Positions 9,203 through 18,658 of a stretch of DNA of 64,000 nucleotides are shown here, piece after piece. The stretch's first letter is position 1, and each line of letters starts with the position of its first letter. The notes under the pieces were generated by a model, which was given only the letters and a program-made list of their open reading frames with translations, ran no database searches and was not told where the DNA came from. The position numbers were made by a program, and so were the translations under genes. Origin of the DNA: a virus; IMG/VR virus record IMGVR_UViG_3300042368_001013, positions 1 to 64,000 of that record; one strand, written 5' to 3'.

Positions 9203-9204
9203 AA

Positions 9205-9278
9205 TCGGGCATGCTGGATTTGAACCAACGGCATCTTGCTCCCAAAGCAAGCGCTCTACCAAGCTGAGCTAATGCCCG
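9205..9278 (-). tRNA. tRNA-Pro(TGG)
   Basis: Cloverleaf, anticodon loop TTTGGGA; promoter TTGACT-16-TATAAT at 9328..9301. Confidence 0.95.
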
Positions 9279-9610
9279 TGTTATTATTTATTACGCCAGT
9301 ATTATACAGTAAAGATAGGCACAGTCAAATATAAATATTGTAGTAGTAAATGAAATTGTTAATTTTTACTTTCTTTGAAGTAAATTATAATTTCTGCAAT
9401 TCCCAAAGCAATAACTGGCAGAAACGTAGCACCAGCAAACCACCAAAATGGTACGGTATGTTCTACCATTAGACTTCACATCCAGTCTTCTTTTTCTTTG
9501 TAAGAAGATACTTTATCATTCCTTCGATCATCCCAAAGATCATCAAAGGAAATATAATCATGAAACAAAGAGTAAGTACAGAAACTCTTTTAAATTCTTC
9601 AATGAAAAGA

Positions 9611-10369
9611 TCAATGGATCGCATAGGTGTCCAGTTTTAAAGATCCATCTGAATCTTCATAAAGAAATGTGCAGTTGTCTTTCTCTGTCCAACAGCCACA
9701 GTTGGCATATGTAATATTATTTACAGTATACAACTTTGGTTCGTGTAAATGCCCACAGACAATGCCATCATATTTCTTTTCCTTGGCGTATTTGATAACA
9801 ACGCTTTCAAAGCTTTCGATGAACTGGGCTGCTCTCTTTACTTTAATCTTTACATACTTTGAGATAGACCAGTATCTCATTCCCATCATTCTTCTGCACC
9901 AATTGAACCAATCATTGATTTCCAATATTAGTTCATATGCATAATCACCTAGTTTGTAAATATAAGAACTGACAGGAAACTTTGTGAGAAAATCAAACTG
10001 ATGACCATGAAGAATAAGAAACTTCTTTCCTGAAGAAGTAGTGTATTCTTCTCGTTCACTCAAACTGATATTACCAAAGATATGATGGCCTGAAAACTTT
10101 GCCATGAACTCATCATGGTTTCCATAGATGTAATGAATCTTTGTTCCCTTGCGAGAAAGTTTGAGCAATCTTTCGATGACTTCCATATGGTGATTTTGTT
10201 TCTCGGCATTCATGGAAAATGCCTGTTTGAATCTCCATATATCGATAATATCTCCCACAAGGAAGATATTATCAAATTCATTATTTTTTAGAAATGCAAT
10301 AAGAGGCTTTGTCTTTGCTTTCTTGGAAGCCAAATGAAAGTCTGAAAGAAAGACAGTCTTGTAATGCAT
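9611..10369 (-). CDS. Calcineurin-like metallophosphoesterase (LpxH/YbbF-like)
   Basis: SDFHL, GDIID, GNHD, HGH and GHLH motifs. Confidence 0.88.
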   Translation of the reverse strand: MHYKTVFLSDFHLASKKAKTKPLIAFLKNNEFDNIFLVGDIIDIWRFKQAFSMNAEKQNHHMEVIERLLKLSRKGTKIHYIYGNHDEFMAKFSGHHIFGNISLSEREEYTTSSGKKFLILHGHQFDFLTKFPVSSYIYKLGDYAYELILEINDWFNWCRRMMGMRYWSISKYVKIKVKRAAQFIESFESVVIKYAKEKKYDGIVCGHLHEPKLYTVNNITYANCGCWTEKDNCTFLYEDSDGSLKLDTYAIH

Positions 10370-10378
10370 TTCTAATAT

Positions 10379-10816
10379 TTATCGCCGTCTAGAGAAGGCA
10401 ACCAAAGTTGCCATCGCCACAAGCAATCCCATTCCTGGAGCAGGAACGGGAGGACGCACAGGCCCATCGTAAGGAATGCTTTCAGTCGGAAATTCCATAC
10501 ACACGCTCTCAATACGGTCATAGTGCATGGGAATGAACATATCCTGATCTACAGTCTGCACGGTCATCACAAGGTTTCCTTCACGATAGATCTTGTGAAC
10601 CCAAAAGCCATCAAAGGAACCCATGAAAAAATTATGAGGAATCTGTGGGTAGTTAGAAACAGTCGGATGATCAATCGCTTCCCCAATCGGTTCCGTGATC
10701 GTCAAGGTATTGTCAAAGGTCAGCGGCTTGGTATAAGAAACTTCAACATACATCGAACCTTCGTTGATGGAGGTTGAGAAAAGATTGCCCTGTCCGTAAA
10801 TCAAAGATACGCTCAT
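10379..10816 (-). CDS. Protein with PEP-CTERM-like C-terminal sorting signal
   Basis: Ends VPAPG-MGLLVAMATLVAF-SRRR. Confidence 0.75.
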   Translation of the reverse strand: MSVSLIYGQGNLFSTSINEGSMYVEVSYTKPLTFDNTLTITEPIGEAIDHPTVSNYPQIPHNFFMGSFDGFWVHKIYREGNLVMTVQTVDQDMFIPMHYDRIESVCMEFPTESIPYDGPVRPPVPAPGMGLLVAMATLVAFSRRR

Positions 10817-11130
10817 TAGATCCCGTCCATTTCATTGTTGTCATTGGGTCCAAAGAATCCCAATGCGTTGTCAACGTCTGCCTTATCGTCCAAAGCCTGT
10901 TGCTGCTTCATCTTTTTCATGCGCTCCGGTGTACGGAACTTCTTCATGAAGTCACACTTGCAATGGTCAAACTCACGGTCATCAGCGTGAATGAGAAGCC
11001 CGTCCCATTCATCGCACCAATGCCATCCATCGTCAAGTTCCTGTGCGGTCAGCATGACGCTCTCATCGCCATCAAAGGGCTGCATGAGGTAGTTCCAACG
11101 CTCTTGAGTCATTTTGTGTTTGTCGCTCAC
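10816..11130 (-). CDS. Hypothetical protein (GTG start coupled to upstream stop)
   Basis: GTGA overlap; GWHWCDEWDGLLI motif. Confidence 0.65.
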   Translation of the reverse strand: MSDKHKMTQERWNYLMQPFDGDESVMLTAQELDDGWHWCDEWDGLLIHADDREFDHCKCDFMKKFRTPERMKKMKQQQALDDKADVDNALGFFGPNDNNEMDGI

Positions 11131-11411
11131 TTGCCGTCCTCCTGTTTGAAGCAATCCCAACCCTTGGCTTTGGCGAAGTCGTGCTGCAATTCAGCACTAG
11201 TGAAATGCAAACGGCAGATCATCCGCCTCGCCTCGTCGCGCTCGGCGGTGATGGTTGCGTTCTCCTGCCGCAGTCGCTTGTTTTCCTGCCATGCCTTTTC
11301 GAGCATCGAAACTGCCTCGGTCGGAGTCATCTCTACGATCACTTCTCCTTCGCACCCCATCAACGTAACGGGGCAGGAAGCATCAATCGTCTTTGGTTTC
11401 TTCTTGCTCAC
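11127..11411 (-). CDS. Hypothetical, ERDEARR...GWDCFK family (GTG start)
   Basis: Shares C-terminal module with 11408..11689. Confidence 0.7.
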   Translation of the reverse strand: MSKKKPKTIDASCPVTLMGCEGEVIVEMTPTEAVSMLEKAWQENKRLRQENATITAERDEARRMICRLHFTSAELQHDFAKAKGWDCFKQEDGK

Positions 11412-11689
11412 TTGCCGTCCTCCTTGAAGCAATCCCAGCCGCGCTCTTGCGCCCATTGCTTTGCATTTACCGATGCGGAGATGGCGGCGACATTTTTACA
11501 TATCTCGCGCCTAGCCTCGTCACGCTCGCGTTCCAACTGACAGATCCTAGCGTAACCGTGGCAAATTATATTGATAATTTCTGGAGTGAGACTGGTATAC
11601 TTTGAAAGTTCACGCAGTTCGTATGCAACATCCTCGTCCTTGATGTTTTTTAATTTTGGTCTATTAGGATTGTGCCAATCTTCACTCAT
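11408..11689 (-). CDS. Hypothetical, ERDEARR...GWDCFK family
   Basis: Shares C-terminal module with 11127..11411. Confidence 0.7.
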   Translation of the reverse strand: MSEDWHNPNRPKLKNIKDEDVAYELRELSKYTSLTPEIINIICHGYARICQLERERDEARREICKNVAAISASVNAKQWAQERGWDCFKEDGK

Positions 11690-11694
11690 TGGTA

Positions 11695-11877
11695 TTACTT
11701 TCCAAAGGTAATGGTGATCTTCTCAGCCAACTGAACGCAGAGCAGGATCATCATGAATGCCGTCCCAAGGAACATGAGTGTGATGGCGACATCGATGAGG
11801 AGTCCCAGCGCACCATGATCGGGAAATAGGCTGAGGGTCTTGGTAACGGTCTTGGTGTTCTTTTTCTTGGTAGCCAT
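11695..11877 (-). CDS. Small membrane protein
   Basis: Basic N-terminus plus hydrophobic segment. Confidence 0.6.
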   Translation of the reverse strand: MATKKKNTKTVTKTLSLFPDHGALGLLIDVAITLMFLGTAFMMILLCVQLAEKITITFGK

Positions 11878-11879
11878 GT

Positions 11880-12110
11880 TTATTTCTTTTCTGAATGTTT
11901 GATATAGTCGATTTCGTGCTTTAGGAAGTCATCTTCAACCACATAGATGTTATGCGAGATCTTGTCCAACATATCTTCAATCTCAACCTGCGAGATGGTT
12001 CCATCTCTGACATCATTACGCAGAAGATCAATCTGTTCAATGACAATGGAAAGTTTGTCCATTGCTTTGAAGAAACGCTTCGGGCTCTTGGTCTTGGTCT
12101 TGGTAGCCAT
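11880..12110 (-). CDS. Hypothetical protein
   Basis: Tightly packed ORF in operon. Confidence 0.65.
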   Translation of the reverse strand: MATKTKTKSPKRFFKAMDKLSIVIEQIDLLRNDVRDGTISQVEIEDMLDKISHNIYVVEDDFLKHEIDYIKHSEKK

Positions 12111-12111
12111 G

Positions 12112-12378
12112 TTAGTCCTTGTTGTATTCCTGATTGGTCATACGAGTGATGCTACGAATATAGCCGTAACGACGACGAGCGCAAGCAACTATGCGCTTGT
12201 ATTCCTTGGCGGTGCAGTAGAAGTGAAGGTCAAATGACTTGCCTTCCAGCATCATACCGGACCCAACGAACATTCGGCTGTAACGCTTTTCCAGCCCACG
12301 GGAAATTTGGAAATAGTTTCCACGGTTGTACTGAAAGAAGTAGTGGTACTTGGTTTCTTTCTTGGTTTTGGTGTTCAT
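12112..12378 (-). CDS. Basic hypothetical protein, probably leaderless (MNTKTKK)
   Basis: ATG 6 nt below TTGACT-16-TATACT (12412..12385). Confidence 0.7.
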   Translation of the reverse strand: MNTKTKKETKYHYFFQYNRGNYFQISRGLEKRYSRMFVGSGMMLEGKSFDLHFYCTAKEYKRIVACARRRYGYIRSITRMTNQEYNKD

Positions 12379-12435
12379 GCCCATAGTATAGCACATACCC
12401 AATGCAAGTCAAGCAACAGGATGATAAATAACTTT

Positions 12436-12984
12436 ATGGACTATTTGACGAATTACTACAAAAATTTATCAGAGCAACTTCAGAATAAAGTCAATATGCT
12501 TTCTTCTCAAATAAAATTGTTGAATGAAGATGACTGGTGGAGAGATCCCCAATTTAATGCTCCTGTTCCACAAGAGCGTGGAGTAGATCCAGCACGAGGA
12601 ATTATTCCTTCAATAGATGATGTCAACCCACCAGAGTCAAACCCAAAAAGAGTAACAGCTCCGCCACCAACTAGAAATCCTAAACCAAAAAAACCTGAAT
12701 CAGCTGAAGAACCTTCAGAACCTGGAGACCCAAATGAAGAATGGGACTTCCATTTTATCAGAGATAATTGGTATAGAATATGGAAAGATCAATGGGAAAG
12801 ACTATATGGCAAAGACAAATTTGTAGATGATATGAATAAAGAATTTGAAAGAATGATTCAAGAAATGGAGCGAATATATAAAAAGACACGCGGACAATAT
12901 GGTTCAAGAGCACCAATTTCTAAATCATGGCAAAAAGCCGTAGAACATTTCTTTAAGTATTTCGTTCAACCAACTCTTGCGTAA
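12436..12984 (+). CDS. YYKNL-leader family putative internal virion protein
   Basis: MDYLTNYYKNLSEQLQNKV...LLNE; TAAATA 5 nt upstream. Confidence 0.8.
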   Translation: MDYLTNYYKNLSEQLQNKVNMLSSQIKLLNEDDWWRDPQFNAPVPQERGVDPARGIIPSIDDVNPPESNPKRVTAPPPTRNPKPKKPESAEEPSEPGDPNEEWDFHFIRDNWYRIWKDQWERLYGKDKFVDDMNKEFERMIQEMERIYKKTRGQYGSRAPISKSWQKAVEHFFKYFVQPTLA

Positions 12985-12994
12985 TATAAAACAA

Positions 12995-13150
12995 ATGAAA
13001 AAATTTAAACAATTTTTAGAAGATTATGATTATGATGTTTATCTTGATACTGTATATACCCAAAAAGGATTAACTGGCGGAAAACCAAACGCAGATGAGT
13101 TAGACGACATCTCAATGATTAAGGCTCCAGAAGGACAAACAACAGAATGA
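12995..13150 (+). CDS. 51-aa protein with T4 capsid-targeting-like leader (MKKFKQFLED)
   Basis: Below the ORF-track cutoff; ATGA overlap with the next gene. Confidence 0.6.
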   Translation: MKKFKQFLEDYDYDVYLDTVYTQKGLTGGKPNADELDDISMIKAPEGQTTE

Positions 13151-14037
13151 ACCAGTCAAAGAACTTTTACAAAAATCAAATAGCAATTCTTTCAGAACAA
13201 ATTAAATTTCTTGAATTGGAATTAGAGGCCATCAATGAAGCAGTAAAGGGCCCAAGTTCAATACTTGGTAATCCAATTCCACAAGATTTAAAAGATCGCT
13301 GGGCAAATAGAAAAAGAATTGAAGATGAGGAAAACGCTAAGTTCCAAGCAAGACGCCAAGAAATGATGGCTAAAGGCAAAGAAATAAATCCTGCAACTGG
13401 TAGAACTAATGACGAAGATCGTGAAGCAGCAAGAATTGCCCGTGCCCAAGATTATTACGGAGATGTTTTAGCAAATACCGCAAGCAAAACACCAGATCGA
13501 CTTTCTGCAAAAGATAGTGCAGATCTTTTAATGTATAATATTATGTCTGGTAAAAGCAAACGCGATCCAAAAATTTATGGACAAGATAGAGAAAGTATGA
13601 GATCAGCAGAAACTGCTGATGATATTAGGATTGGAAGTTATAGTGATGCTGTCACGAAAATAACTAATCCAAAAGCAGGTAGAAGTGAAGCTGAAATAGG
13701 AAAATTAATACCTCAAATGTTGTCAAATATTCAACTTCCTACTTCTGAAATAGCAAATATCTCCAGAGAAGCCAGCAAAAGAGAAAATCCAACAAGAATT
13801 TCTGGAATGTCACCCATTACCAGAGGACAATTCTATAGCCAGACGGGGCAAGATTACAATGCATTGAATCCCCAAAATGTCGCTACCTTCAGACAAATGA
13901 ACACAGGTACCCCTGACTATACTGATCTCAACAAGCCTTTACCCCCAGAGATGAGTTTCAGTAGTGTTCTGAATCAAGTTGGCGGTCGTAAAAAGCCATC
14001 TACGAGCCTTACTTTGAATCCAAAGCCTCGTTTATGA
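13147..14037 (+). CDS. Hypothetical, YYK-like leader, putative internal virion protein
   Basis: FYKNQIAILSEQIKFLELELEAINE leader. Confidence 0.7.
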   Translation: MNQSKNFYKNQIAILSEQIKFLELELEAINEAVKGPSSILGNPIPQDLKDRWANRKRIEDEENAKFQARRQEMMAKGKEINPATGRTNDEDREAARIARAQDYYGDVLANTASKTPDRLSAKDSADLLMYNIMSGKSKRDPKIYGQDRESMRSAETADDIRIGSYSDAVTKITNPKAGRSEAEIGKLIPQMLSNIQLPTSEIANISREASKRENPTRISGMSPITRGQFYSQTGQDYNALNPQNVATFRQMNTGTPDYTDLNKPLPPEMSFSSVLNQVGGRKKPSTSLTLNPKPRL

Positions 14038-14044
14038 AAAATTA

Positions 14045-14584
14045 TCATTTCTCCCAATAAACAGTCTCGCCTCTTTCATAAAATTTTAAATTATTCTTGG
14101 AATCTTCTTTCACGAAGTGCTTATCCGTCACCGTGAAGTGATTATTGGGAACAAGGGCAAAGTACCCACAGTCAAGCGTTATCAGACTCAAGGGCTTGTG
14201 TTCGGCTGGGTAGCGGGAATATCCGTCCCCCCAATCAAGTATAATGCCTGTATGCCTACCATTCAACCCCGTATGAAAAACATTCACAGGTAGCCCCTCC
14301 AAATAGGTTGACATAAAAGTTTCAATATTATTGCCCATTCCACCCCAAGGTTGAATATTATTATTCTCACCTGAATCAAACACAGCAGTAGTGGACAAAG
14401 CACAAAGAGGAAGGCCAGACCAATGCGCACCCGATTGAAGAACAACATGGCAAGATATTAATTGACCGGGACGGGAATACACACCATGCCATATAGCAGG
14501 AGTATACCCATCAGGCATATCCGGTCCAAGAAATGAATTTTTAACATTTACATAAAAATGGTATGGTAAAGAAACATTTCTCAT
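14045..14584 (-). CDS. Conserved phage hypothetical protein
   Basis: Clean ORF below TTGTCT-16-TATAAT. Confidence 0.7.
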   Translation of the reverse strand: MRNVSLPYHFYVNVKNSFLGPDMPDGYTPAIWHGVYSRPGQLISCHVVLQSGAHWSGLPLCALSTTAVFDSGENNNIQPWGGMGNNIETFMSTYLEGLPVNVFHTGLNGRHTGIILDWGDGYSRYPAEHKPLSLITLDCGYFALVPNNHFTVTDKHFVKEDSKNNLKFYERGETVYWEK

Positions 14585-14641
14585 TGTAGGTAATTATATA
14601 CCATAATACCAATAAGACAAGAAATTAATAAATATTATACC

Positions 14642-15115
14642 ATGAAGAAATTTAGAAAATTTTTAGCAGAAGCAGAGCAAAACAATACAATGTTGTCTGC
14701 TGGCAATCAAGATTGGAATTCCCAAAAAGATTCCACACAAATGGCTAAGATTGTACCAGAACGGGGAAACCCCGGAATGACAGCGGAAGAAGATCCCGAA
14801 CAACTTCATAAGAAATATATTGAAAAAATTCTTCCAATGTATGAACAATGGAGAGAATGGTATCGAAGAACATATCCCGAAAGAAGCGCGGAAAGTTTAA
14901 AGAATGCATGGGAGGCATTGTACAGACATCTTAAACAAATGATGGAACGTGGATATACTTGGCATGATATAAGAAAAGAAATTTATCGTAATAGTGAAGG
15001 AACAACTCATCAAAATTATGAAGATTGGCCTGATTGGTATCATAAAGAAAATTGGGAAATTTATGGCATGGATAAGAAAAAATGGGACATTGCAATTTTT
15101 AGATCAGGGAATTGA
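14642..15115 (+). CDS. Putative internal protein with capsid-targeting-like leader (MKKFRKFLAE)
   Basis: Leader resembles T4 IP leader MKTYQEFIAE; TAAATA upstream. Confidence 0.7.
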   Translation: MKKFRKFLAEAEQNNTMLSAGNQDWNSQKDSTQMAKIVPERGNPGMTAEEDPEQLHKKYIEKILPMYEQWREWYRRTYPERSAESLKNAWEALYRHLKQMMERGYTWHDIRKEIYRNSEGTTHQNYEDWPDWYHKENWEIYGMDKKKWDIAIFRSGN

Positions 15116-15489
15116 TAGAGGGTAAGTAGGGGCTGTTTGTAGTGGTGTATGGGGTAAAAGGTTTTTAAAAAATTTAGAGAAAGTGAGAGTTAGACCCCAC
15201 CCCTCAAACACTCTCCAAGGCCCTTTAAATGCCTTTACAGCCCCTTTAAGCCATCCAAAGGACAGCACTCGCCTCTAAATCCCGTCCCTCTATAGGGCAT
15301 TCTAGCGAGTCAAGCAATTTTCTTTAAGATTTTAACAAATTTTTGAGAATTTTGAGCAATTTTTAAAACCCGTCCAGGCAAACCCCACAATCTGGGCCCT
15401 TAGAGAGCAATTGCCGTACAATATTAATTTTTATATCCTGTCCGCATCCTGTCCAGGGTTTTGGGGGAGCTGCGAGCCATCCGTAGCAT

Positions 15490-15810
15490 GTCCAGTAATC
15501 CCCCCTGATAGTTGTCTGATAGTTGTCCCGTTTCAGAAATTTTTGAAATTTCTTTGTGTGAATCGGGTCCGGTAATATTTTCAAATTTATTTGAAACCTT
15601 GGTGGGGCCGATAACCATAGAACCTGCCAGTCCGATAACCAGCAGTCCGGTAAGCATAGCCCCGATAACCATGAGCGTCCGATAACCCCCTGCCCACCCT
15701 CTCACAATTATTGGACACTTGGGCTGGGGGGTTATCGGTCGCATGAACAGTCCTATAAGTATACACCAGATCTGGGGGGAGTCAAGTACTAGACCACAAG
15801 TCCGATAAGC
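15490..15810. repeat. Cluster of GTCCGATAAC-like repeats and tandem CTGATAGTTGT(C) half-sites
   Basis: Copies at 15608, 15630, 15645, 15661, 15677, 15731 (inverted), 15750 and 15800; CTGATAGTTGT twice at 15505-15527. Confidence 0.8.
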
Positions 15811-15928
15811 TGGCCAGAGCTGAGCTCCTGGATCCAGGAACCCGGTCCAGTGAATTAATTAAATTATTATTATTGTCCCAGAAGCGCTCGACGGCCTCTC
15901 GACAGCTCCAGGTAACGTCCCGTCCAAT

Positions 15929-15983
15929 CTACTATCAGGCCGTCCGAATAAATCAAATTTCCTCTGAGGAAATTTGATAGTAG
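15929..15983. repeat. CTACTATCAG palindrome element, copy 1
   Basis: CTACTATCAG...ATCAAATTTCC-TCTGA-GGAAATTTGAT-AGTAG. Confidence 0.8.
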
Positions 15984-16058
15984 TCCAGGTACACAGCCAC
16001 CCAGGACTGGCTCTCTCCTTCCAGTCCTGGGCGACCATGTATGTCAATAGACTAGATC

Positions 16059-18236
16059 TTACCTGTCCCGGCGATCCCGGAACTTCATGCCCTCCGGGAA
16101 GCAGGGCAGTCCGTAGATCCCGGAGTCCATCTTGCGGATGGGCTGACCCGCCACGATGTCCACATACCGGGTGAGGAACACACGGCTACCTGCCCGCTTG
16201 CCCATCGTCTTGATGAACTGGTTCTTCACCTTGGTGAAGTTACCTCCGGTGGCAATCGCCTCCTCGTCCTTGACGGGCTTCGGGGTCTGAATGAGGAAGT
16301 ACGAATCGTAGCCGGGGAAGGTATCTTCGTGCAGGACAAGGCATCCCTCCTTGAACGCTTCCGCCGCAGCCTTGTACCGCTCCGAATCTCCAACGGTCAG
16401 ACCACCCTTGTAGTGATGGGAGATGGAATCGGCATTCTTCTGCTTCTCCTGTTCGCTCAAGCAGAACTGCTCAAAGCAGCGTTCCGTCAGGATACGAGTG
16501 GGCATCACATACATTCCAACGCATCGGGCGTTCAACTTGGTGCGGAGGGAATTGAGCATGGCGTAGATGACACCATCGGGCAGATTCGTCCTGCCGTTCT
16601 TGTTGTCGATGACGGTGACCGTATCAAGGATCTCGTTCGTCACGGTGAGGGAAGTACCCTCGCCGTACCAGTAGACTCCATCCTCCTTGGAGGTGTTGAT
16701 GTGGTTGGGGCAACCGTCCGTCACGACCATGATGGTCGGAATCTGAATGTTGTTCTCCTGCACCCATCCCGCCATGAACTGGGAAGTGAGGGCAATGCAC
16801 TCCACCGTGGGCGTACCGTTCAGGGTGAGGTAACGGGAAGTGGGGCGGGTCTGCTGCACATAGGTTTCGTAGATGTACGCGCACAGACGCTCACGCTTGG
16901 CCGCATCGTCCTTGGAGGAGGCAATGTTCAGCAGCCTAGCCGTACCGATGTGCATACCCGTGGGGCAGTCACGATTCAAAGCCCGTGCGCCCCATTCACG
17001 GTCGAACTCGTAGGAGAACGCATCGGGATTCTGCTTCCTCCATGCATCACACGCAGCCTGATACTCGGGATCAAGGTTGCCGTAGACATCGGTGTAGCCG
17101 AACACCTCAAATGGGATCTTCGCCTTCTCGCAGAACCACACCAACTGGAGAACCTGAAGGTAGGCGTGGCCGATGGTCGCACCCATGCTGCCGCTGAAGT
17201 CAAGCATGAACACGATGCCGTGGTTCTTGCCGTCCTGCTTGACGATCTTCGACAGGAAGATATCGTCATGGGTGCGGTACTGGTGGAGGCGGTCAAGGTT
17301 CAGCATCCCGGTCTGCTTCGGACGCTCACGGCGGATCTCGTCCGCAGCCTTCTTGCGCTCAAACTGGGCGACCATCTGACGGACGAACGCATCGGACTCG
17401 CGCACGAACTGGCGGTACTCCTCAAGGAGCAGCGGCCTGTTGCTGTTGCCCTCGTAGTCGTTGAGGATGGTTTCCGTGCTGACGATGTGCTTGGACAGAT
17501 CCTTGACTCCGGTGAGAGTGACCACCGCGTCCTGATACTGCGAACCGTCCTTGCGGCGGAAGTCACCGGGGACATTCGTCTTGTCGCCCATGATCTTGTC
17601 CTGCTCCTTCTCACCCTGCTTGCCACCCTTGGCAGCAGCAGCCTCCATGTCCTCGCGCATCTCCTTCATGGAAGGGTGCTTATACAGGAACTTGGCGACC
17701 TCAAACACCTGATCGTAATTGACCACGGCATCCACCATGTCCACGACCTCCTGCTCCGTCCCCTCAAAGGTCATGGGGATGAAGCCGGGAACGCCCCACT
17801 TGAAGTGGATGTTCAGGCGGTTGAGGAACCCGGCCTTCGTGAAGTCCATCTTCTTGAAGCCGAACATATCAATGTCTGCGATCTCCTTGTAGCCAAGGAA
17901 GAAGTCACGGCGAGTGCCGGGGAACTTCTGCTTCATCAACTTCTCAATGCGGACATCTTCGATGATGTTGGCAATGCGAGAGAGCAGCATGGGGTTGTAG
18001 CCGTCTGCCTCCGCAGCCTTCAGCAACTCATAGCCGCGCTCGTAGGGAGTCCACAGAGCGTGGCTGATCTCGTGGGCCACGAGCATGGTCTTGACGGTTT
18101 CGGACACATCCCACATGGGCATGACGAGGTGACGCGACTTCACATCGAACGATGCGGTTTCAGCGTCCTTGGAGAAGGAGAACGAAATGTTCTCGGATGC
18201 GAGAGCCTTGGCGAAGATGGAGAGAGAGGTGTTCAT
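16059..18236 (-). CDS. vWA-domain protein with N-terminal HExxH region (CobT-like partner of the AAA+ ATPase); probably leaderless, start MNTSLS
   Basis: HEISH, EDVRIE, MIDAS DFSGS, GTP and VVTDG motifs; ATG 6 nt below TTGACT-17-TACAAT. Confidence 0.85.
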   Translation of the reverse strand: MNTSLSIFAKALASENISFSFSKDAETASFDVKSRHLVMPMWDVSETVKTMLVAHEISHALWTPYERGYELLKAAEADGYNPMLLSRIANIIEDVRIEKLMKQKFPGTRRDFFLGYKEIADIDMFGFKKMDFTKAGFLNRLNIHFKWGVPGFIPMTFEGTEQEVVDMVDAVVNYDQVFEVAKFLYKHPSMKEMREDMEAAAAKGGKQGEKEQDKIMGDKTNVPGDFRRKDGSQYQDAVVTLTGVKDLSKHIVSTETILNDYEGNSNRPLLLEEYRQFVRESDAFVRQMVAQFERKKAADEIRRERPKQTGMLNLDRLHQYRTHDDIFLSKIVKQDGKNHGIVFMLDFSGSMGATIGHAYLQVLQLVWFCEKAKIPFEVFGYTDVYGNLDPEYQAACDAWRKQNPDAFSYEFDREWGARALNRDCPTGMHIGTARLLNIASSKDDAAKRERLCAYIYETYVQQTRPTSRYLTLNGTPTVECIALTSQFMAGWVQENNIQIPTIMVVTDGCPNHINTSKEDGVYWYGEGTSLTVTNEILDTVTVIDNKNGRTNLPDGVIYAMLNSLRTKLNARCVGMYVMPTRILTERCFEQFCLSEQEKQKNADSISHHYKGGLTVGDSERYKAAAEAFKEGCLVLHEDTFPGYDSYFLIQTPKPVKDEEAIATGGNFTKVKNQFIKTMGKRAGSRVFLTRYVDIVAGQPIRKMDSGIYGLPCFPEGMKFRDRRDR

Positions 18237-18294
18237 GCGTATATTGTAACCGATGTGGGGGGAGAAGTCAACCCACAAACAAAGATTTTTTTGC

Positions 18295-18368
18295 GTCCCA
18301 TAACGTCCGGCTACTATCAGGCTGTCCAATAAAAATCAGAAAGTCCAGACGGACTTTCTGATAGTAGC
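18295..18368. repeat. GTCCCATAAC box plus CTACTATCAG palindrome, copy 2
   Basis: GCTACTATCAG...ATCAGAAAGTCC-AGAC-GGACTTTCTGAT-AGTAGC. Confidence 0.85.
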
Positions 18369-18377
18369 TCACAGATG

Positions 18378-18409
18378 CTGCCTCTCCCCCCTTGCGGGGG
18401 GAGAGGCAT
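18378..18409 (-). terminator. Strong GC hairpin downstream of ORF 18418..18636
   Basis: TGCCTCTCCCCCC/GGGGGGAGAGGCA inverted repeat. Confidence 0.6.
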
Positions 18410-18417
18410 GAACAGCA

Positions 18418-18636
18418 TCAGACTGTGACGGGAGCAATCAGCGAGGTCAGGTTGTAGACCCCCTTGATGTCCGTCTTGCAGTCCTTCAGCACCCAAGTCG
18501 GGATGCCCTTCATGTTGATGGACTGCGCGATGTCAAGCAGGTTGAACTTGTTGAACGCAGCGATGTCAAGGCTGTTGGCCTCTGCGTAGTGCTTGGCTGC
18601 GGCGACGAAACGATTGCGCTTGTTGAGGTATGGCAT
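18418..18636 (-). CDS. Small protein resembling the N-terminal domain of the adjacent AAA+ ATPase
   Basis: KRNRF...IPTWVL...KGVYNL versus KRNF...LPAWLV...RGKYII. Confidence 0.7.
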   Translation of the reverse strand: MPYLNKRNRFVAAAKHYAEANSLDIAAFNKFNLLDIAQSINMKGIPTWVLKDCKTDIKGVYNLTSLIAPVTV

Positions 18637-18658
18637 TTTCTTTTTCTTTCTTTCTTGG

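Noticed and set aside
15424-15744. 106-aa ORF with VIG repeats
   Set aside because: The repeats are a by-product of the DNA motif, which also occurs in non-coding contexts; not supported as a protein, though a promoter precedes it
15600-15810. Possible mini-CRISPR array
   Set aside because: Repeats are only about 10 bp, irregularly spaced and in both orientations; no cas genes in the window
16329-18332. 667-aa plus-strand ORF
   Set aside because: Antisense shadow of the GC3-rich vWA gene; no promoter or motifs
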